DNA from: Negativicutes bacterium
Lineage (GTDB): Bacteria; Bacillota; Negativicutes; UBA1444
Direction of reading: 5' to 3'
DNA: 64,000 bases
Assembly (NCBI GenBank): GCA_963665275.2
Contig: CAXXIN010000013.1
Location: forward strand, 283,703 to 347,702
This document shows, piece after piece, positions 59,506 through 64,000 of this stretch. Numbering within the stretch: position 1 is the stretch's first letter; each line of letters begins with the position of its first letter. The translations under genes were made by a program, and so were the position numbers. A model generated the notes under the pieces. That model did no database searches and had not been told where the DNA came from. It saw nothing but the letters and a program-made list of their open reading frames with translations.

Positions 59506-60726
59506 TCATCGCGACATCAGTTCTTTGTCACCGCGTAGCCTTCGCACTGCAGCGCGGCCAAATTTCTCAGTGTGAGCCGTATCGCGGGTTTCCAGGCTGA
59601 CCTGCACCTTGGCCTGTCCGAGCGGCACATCATGTTGAATCCGGTCATGATGAACATATAATACGTTGCCGCGGCAGGCGGCTATGCTGGCCAGCAGTTT
59701 TTGCAACGCGCCAGGCCGGTCAATTACATAGGTAGTCAAGATAACCCGTCGGCCGGCCTTCACCAGCCCGCGCTCGATGATGCGGGCAATAAAGTTAACG
59801 TCAATATTACCGCCGGAAATCAGACAGGCCACTGGTCCGCTCGCCGCAATCTTGCCGTGCATCAGTGCGGCGAGTCCGATCGCTCCTGCACCTTCCGCCA
59901 ACAATTTCGCGCGTTCCAGCAGCATCAGGATAGCGGAGGCGATCGCTTCATCATCGATAGTAACAATATCATCCACATAGTTGCGCACCACTTCAAAGGT
60001 CGCATCACCCGGCACTTTGACTGCGATTCCATCGGCAATGGTTGTAGCCGCTGCCGTTTGGAGCAGCTTGCCTGCTTTTTGGGAAAGAGCCATGGCTGGG
60101 GCGCCTTCCGCCTGAACTCCATATACTTTGATATGCGGCGCCAGTTCTTTGATTGCTGTCGCCACCCCGCGATCAGACCGCCCCCGCCAACAGGCACGAC
60201 GACCGCTTCCACTCCCGGCAGCGCTTTCAATATCTCCAGTCCAAGGGTTCCCTGTCCGGCCATGACTGCCGGATCATTGAATGCGTGGACAAAACGTGAG
60301 GCCTTCTTCTGTTTCCAGTTGCTTCGCCCGTGCAAAGGCTTCGTCATAGGAAGATCCCGACAGCACCACTTCAGCGCATACCCGCGCGTTGCGCTCACTT
60401 TGGATAGCGGAGCCGTCTCCGGCATGACAATGACGGAACGAATTCCTGCGTGGCGGGCGGCATAGAGCGACCCCCTGCGCGTGGTTGCCGGCCGAGGCCG
60501 CAATTACGCCGCGCACCTTTTCTGTTGGCGACAACAAGCGAATCTTGTTATAGGCGCCACGCAGTTTGAAGGAGCCGGTCTTTTGCAAGTTTCCAGCTTC
60601 AGATAAACCGGAAATCCGGTTATGCCTGAAAAAGTGGAGCTCCCTTCGAGCGGAGTCTCATGCGCGACCCCAGCCAATGCTGTCGCCGCTGCCCGAATAT
60701 CATCCAAAGAATAGAAATGGTTTCAT
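59506..60726 (-). pseudogene. ilvA: Threonine ammonia-lyase with C-terminal ACT domain, frameshifted
   Basis: [56 protein letters not shown]. Confidence 0.9.
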
Positions 60727-61594
60727 TCTACAGCTTCCTCCCCCCGATGCAAAATAAAGAGCCCCGCGAGAATGATCGCGCCGCCGGCTGCCTGCGGCCA
60801 GCCGAAGCTTTCACCCAATAGCAGGACCGAAAGAACCACCGTCAACACGGGTTCCAGATTCATGACGATGGAAGCGTCCGACGGGCCCACCAGCCGCATA
60901 CCGACAAAGAACAGCACAATGCCGATAAAATTGGCGAAGAAGGCAGTTCCGAAGAGCGCAGCCCAGGCAACAGGCGGCAGCGTCAGCTGCAGCTCCCCAG
61001 ATATTGCTCCATAGACAATGAAAACAGCCGAAGTCGTCAGCGCAGACCATCCCACCGTCAAGAGCGGCGAAAGGGTGGTGACGATCGCATGACTCAACAA
61101 AACATGGCACGCCTGCCCAAAAGCCGCAGCGACACCGAATAACAGACCTGCTGTCGAAAACCGATCCAAAGATACCCCCCAACACCTGCAACAAGCCGGC
61201 AAAGCAGATCAACAGCGCTGCCAAACTTAAGCCGGTTCAGCGCCTCCCGACCGATGAGCACGGCCAGCCCCGTCACCATGGCCGGATACAGGTAAAAAAT
61301 CAATCCGGTGAGTGAAGCCGGCAACAATTGAACAGAGAGAGTATAGAGAATCGATACTGCAACATGGACCAAGCCGCCCAAGACCAAAATTCGTGGCCAA
61401 TACGCGCTTGGCAGAACAAGGCTCTGGCCTTTAAAACACAAGGCGCCAATGCACAGAGCCGCTGAAAACAGAAAGCGAAACGCCAACAGGGTGGTGAGAT
61501 TCACTCCTGCAGCAAAAGCCACCTTCATAAAGATTGCCAACGTAGAAAACGCCGTCGCGGCGACAAGCAATAACAGCAGGCCCTGCCTGTTCAA
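60723..61594 (-). pseudogene. EamA/DMT family transporter, one frameshift near 61215
   Basis: LLAFRF, IFYLYPAMV, VGPSDASIVMNLEPV; two halves in different frames. Confidence 0.87.
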
Positions 61595-61606
61595 TCCTTC
61601 GATTAC

Positions 61607-62192
61607 CTATTTTAGGGCCGCATCGATTATTTCGATAAACTTGGCCGGCGGATAAGCTCCGACCAGAACGGTCCCATTGATTATAAATACTGGCACTCCA
61701 TCAAACCCACTCTGTTCGAAGGATTTTTTATCCGCGGCAATTTTTCATAAACCTCGGGGCTGCGCACATCTTTTTCCAGTTGATCCATGTCAACGCCCAG
61801 TTCGGCAGCCACTTTTTTCAGCGCGGCTTCCCCTCGCTCAGCTGCTGAGGATTGGCGAACAGGGCATCGTAATATTGCCAGGCCTTCTCAGGGTTCTGGG
61901 CTGCTATCCCCTCGAAATAAAGAGCTGCAGGCAAAGCCGACTGATGAAACGGCAGGGGATAAGTGCCTGACAGTCAGGTTAACTTTACCAGCGTATTTTT
62001 CCATCATGGCGCTGACGGTTTTCGCTCCGTTAGAACAGTATGGACATTGAAAATCGGTGTATTCTACGATTGTAACCGGCGCGGGCAGAATTCCCCCGTA
62101 CGATCCGCCCTTCGGCGATTGGCTCTGCGAGTGCCGACGAACCCAACAGGAACACTACAAGTGTAGTCATCAGACTAAATGATTTGAAGCAT
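61607..62192 (-). pseudogene. DsbA/thioredoxin-fold exported oxidoreductase, frameshifted (absent from ORF track)
   Basis: Manual minus-strand translation: TIVEYTDFQCPYCS and GFDGVPVFIINGTVLVGAYP. Confidence 0.8.
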
Positions 62193-62321
62193 TTCAACAA
62201 AAATTAACCACTCCTTTATAGAGATAGTATTCCACGGAATCCCCCGAAAAACCTTTGTCCGGGTGCACTACCTCGTGAAAAAATCCGGCCACCTAGCCGG
62301 GATTCCAGATTTATTCGCTAT

Positions 62322-62933
62322 TCACTTTTCAAATTGGTTATTTTGTTTTTCCCCTTTGCCCATCCACGGCAAAAACCACTTCCCCCGGCTGCATCCGCTC
62401 AATTGCCGCCAGCGATCAACGCGCACCCCCCTGGCCCGGATAGCGTCACCGCCCTTTTGAAAGCGTTTTTCAATCACAATTCCGGCGCCAGCCAATTTTC
62501 CCCCTGCCTGCTCACGAGAGAAATCAGGCCATTCAGGGCTTCAGCCATGGGCCAGAAAATCATCGATGATCAGGACGACATCGTCGGCGGAAAGATAACA
62601 CTTGGTCACAGTAATCTCCATGGTGCTCCTTGCGGTGAATGAAAAAACTGGGGCGGAATAGACGTCACCCCTCTTGAGTGAGAGCCTGTTTCTTTTTGGC
62701 GAAAACAACGGGAACGCCCAGTGTCAGAGCAGCCGCCATGGCCACAGCAATCCCCGATGCTTCACCGTCAGAACCTTGGTCACACCTTCATTATTAAAAC
62801 GAGCCGCCAGCTCGGCCCCAATTTTCAGGATGAATTGCGGGTCGATCTGATGATTGAGGAAGGCATCGACTTTTAGAATATTGTTGCCGATGACCTGTCC
62901 ATCAGCAAGAATCCTGTCTTGTAGTTCTTTCAC
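62322..62933 (-). pseudogene. xpt: Xanthine phosphoribosyltransferase, frameshifted
   Basis: LQDRILADGQVIGNNILKVDAFLNHQIDPQ, VLIIDDFLA, IVIEK. Confidence 0.88.
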
Positions 62934-62949
62934 TTGCTTCTCCCATCTT

Positions 62950-63880
62950 TTATCTTTCTTCGCGGTCATAGGGCAGTCCCAGTGCTCCGGGGGCAGCAGA
63001 CGGCCTCCCCTCTTCGCCATGACAACCCGTCAGGACCGTAATGGTGAATATATACGGCAACATTTGCAGAAAGAAGTGCGAAAGATGAACCCCCGCCGCC
63101 TGCAAATGAAATCCCAGGGCATCAATCCCGCCAAACAGATATGCGCCGACCAGCGCCCGCCCCGGGCGCCAAAGGGCAAAAATAACCAGCGCTACCGCGA
63201 TCCAGCCCCGCCCGGCAGTCATGTTCTCCAGCCAGCTCGCGCAGAAGCCAGGGATAGATAAGCGCCGCCCACGCCGCACAGCATCCCTCCCACAATGACA
63301 TAGAGATAGCGCAAGCCAAACACGTGGATGCCCAGTGAGTCGGCAGCACCGGGATTTTCACCGATCGCCTGAAAGGAAAAGACCGGCCCGCGTCCGTTTC
63401 AGAAAGAACCACAGGGTCAGGACCAAACCCCAACTAAGATAAACCAATACATCATGCCGGAAAAGCACCGGTCCAAGAAAGGGGATATCACCAAGAACTG
63501 GTAAAGGCAGGCTCCGAAACGGTTCCGTCACCGGTATGCCGATGTAGGCTTTCCCCAGATAGCCGCTAAGTCCAGAGCCAAAAAGCGCCAGGGCCAGACC
63601 GCTAACAACCTGATTGGCCCGCAACGATACGGTAAGGATCGCATGAATGAGCCCCATCGCTCCTCCGGCAAGCATCGCCGCCAACAGCCCGATCAGCTAT
63701 TTCCTGTCACGATCGCGGCCATGAATCCGATACGGCGCCGATGAGCATCATCCCTTCAACACCGAGATTCGTCACGCCTGCCTTCTCCGTAATCAATTCG
63801 CCCAGCGCCGCATATAATATCGGCGTTCCGGCAATTACCGCCGAAGATAATATCGCGATGAAAAACGCCTGTTCGCCCAT
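62950..63880 (-). pseudogene. Nucleoside/simple-sugar ABC transporter permease, frameshifted
   Basis: [54 protein letters not shown]. Confidence 0.88.
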
Positions 63881-64000
63881 CACCACTACCTCCTTACGGC
63901 TGAGGACAATCCGATATTTCGTCAAAAATTCGCCGCCCACCACGAAGAACAATACCGCCCCTTGCAACATTGACGCCACGGACGCTGGAACACCAGTCGT
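63881..64000 (-). CDS. 3' end of the upstream ABC permease (truncated by window)
   Basis: [24 protein letters not shown]. Confidence 0.65.

Noticed and set aside
63707-63979. Apparent fusion of two ABC permeases
   Set aside because: An internal AAGGAGG before ATG 63880 and the surrounding indel noise suggest two genes with a lost stop.
54250-64000. Dense frameshifts in hcp, the diguanylate cyclase, kdgK, eda, dgoD, ilvA, eamA, dsbA-like, xpt and the ABC permease as programmed frameshifting or mass pseudogenisation
   Set aside because: They hit about ten unrelated genes indiscriminately toward one end of the window, with motifs otherwise preserved and no shared slippery-site pattern. This is typical of low-coverage long-read consensus error.

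Overview
Bacterial chromosomal window, almost all on the minus strand, from an anaerobe that looks like a Negativicute (inferred from Firmicute-type AGGAGG RBSs and genes plus a porin-like beta-barrel protein). The centrepiece (13.7-37.9 kb) is a complete, intact nicotinate fermentation gene set of the Eubacterium barkeri type: ndhSLM, ena, hnr, hgd, hmd, dmdAB, B12-dependent mgm, mii, an mgmL-like gene, dml and a displaced ndhF. It is driven by a near-consensus sigma-54 promoter and has its own enhancer-binding protein with a duplicated sensor domain and four recognisable binding sites. It is flanked by two paralogous NiaP-like MFS transporters and a sigma-54-preceded soluble chemoreceptor. 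A second sigma-54 operon (0.7-10.6 kb) encodes a CaiB/BaiF CoA-transferase, two acyl-CoA dehydrogenases, FixABCX and an unassigned membrane protein built from five two-helix repeats; its substrate is unknown. The rest holds tRNA-Ala(CGC), a DUF350/GspS-like/Gly-Ser lipoprotein module, panBE, an Rrf2-hcp operon, two diguanylate cyclases, dgoD-eda-kdgK, threonine ammonia-lyase, a DsbA-like gene, xpt and nucleoside ABC permeases. Two zones (about 3.5-6 kb and 54-64 kb) are full of 1-nt frameshifts, most likely consensus errors. No CRISPR array, rRNA, integrase or transposase was seen. All assignments come from motifs recognised by eye; no database searches were run.
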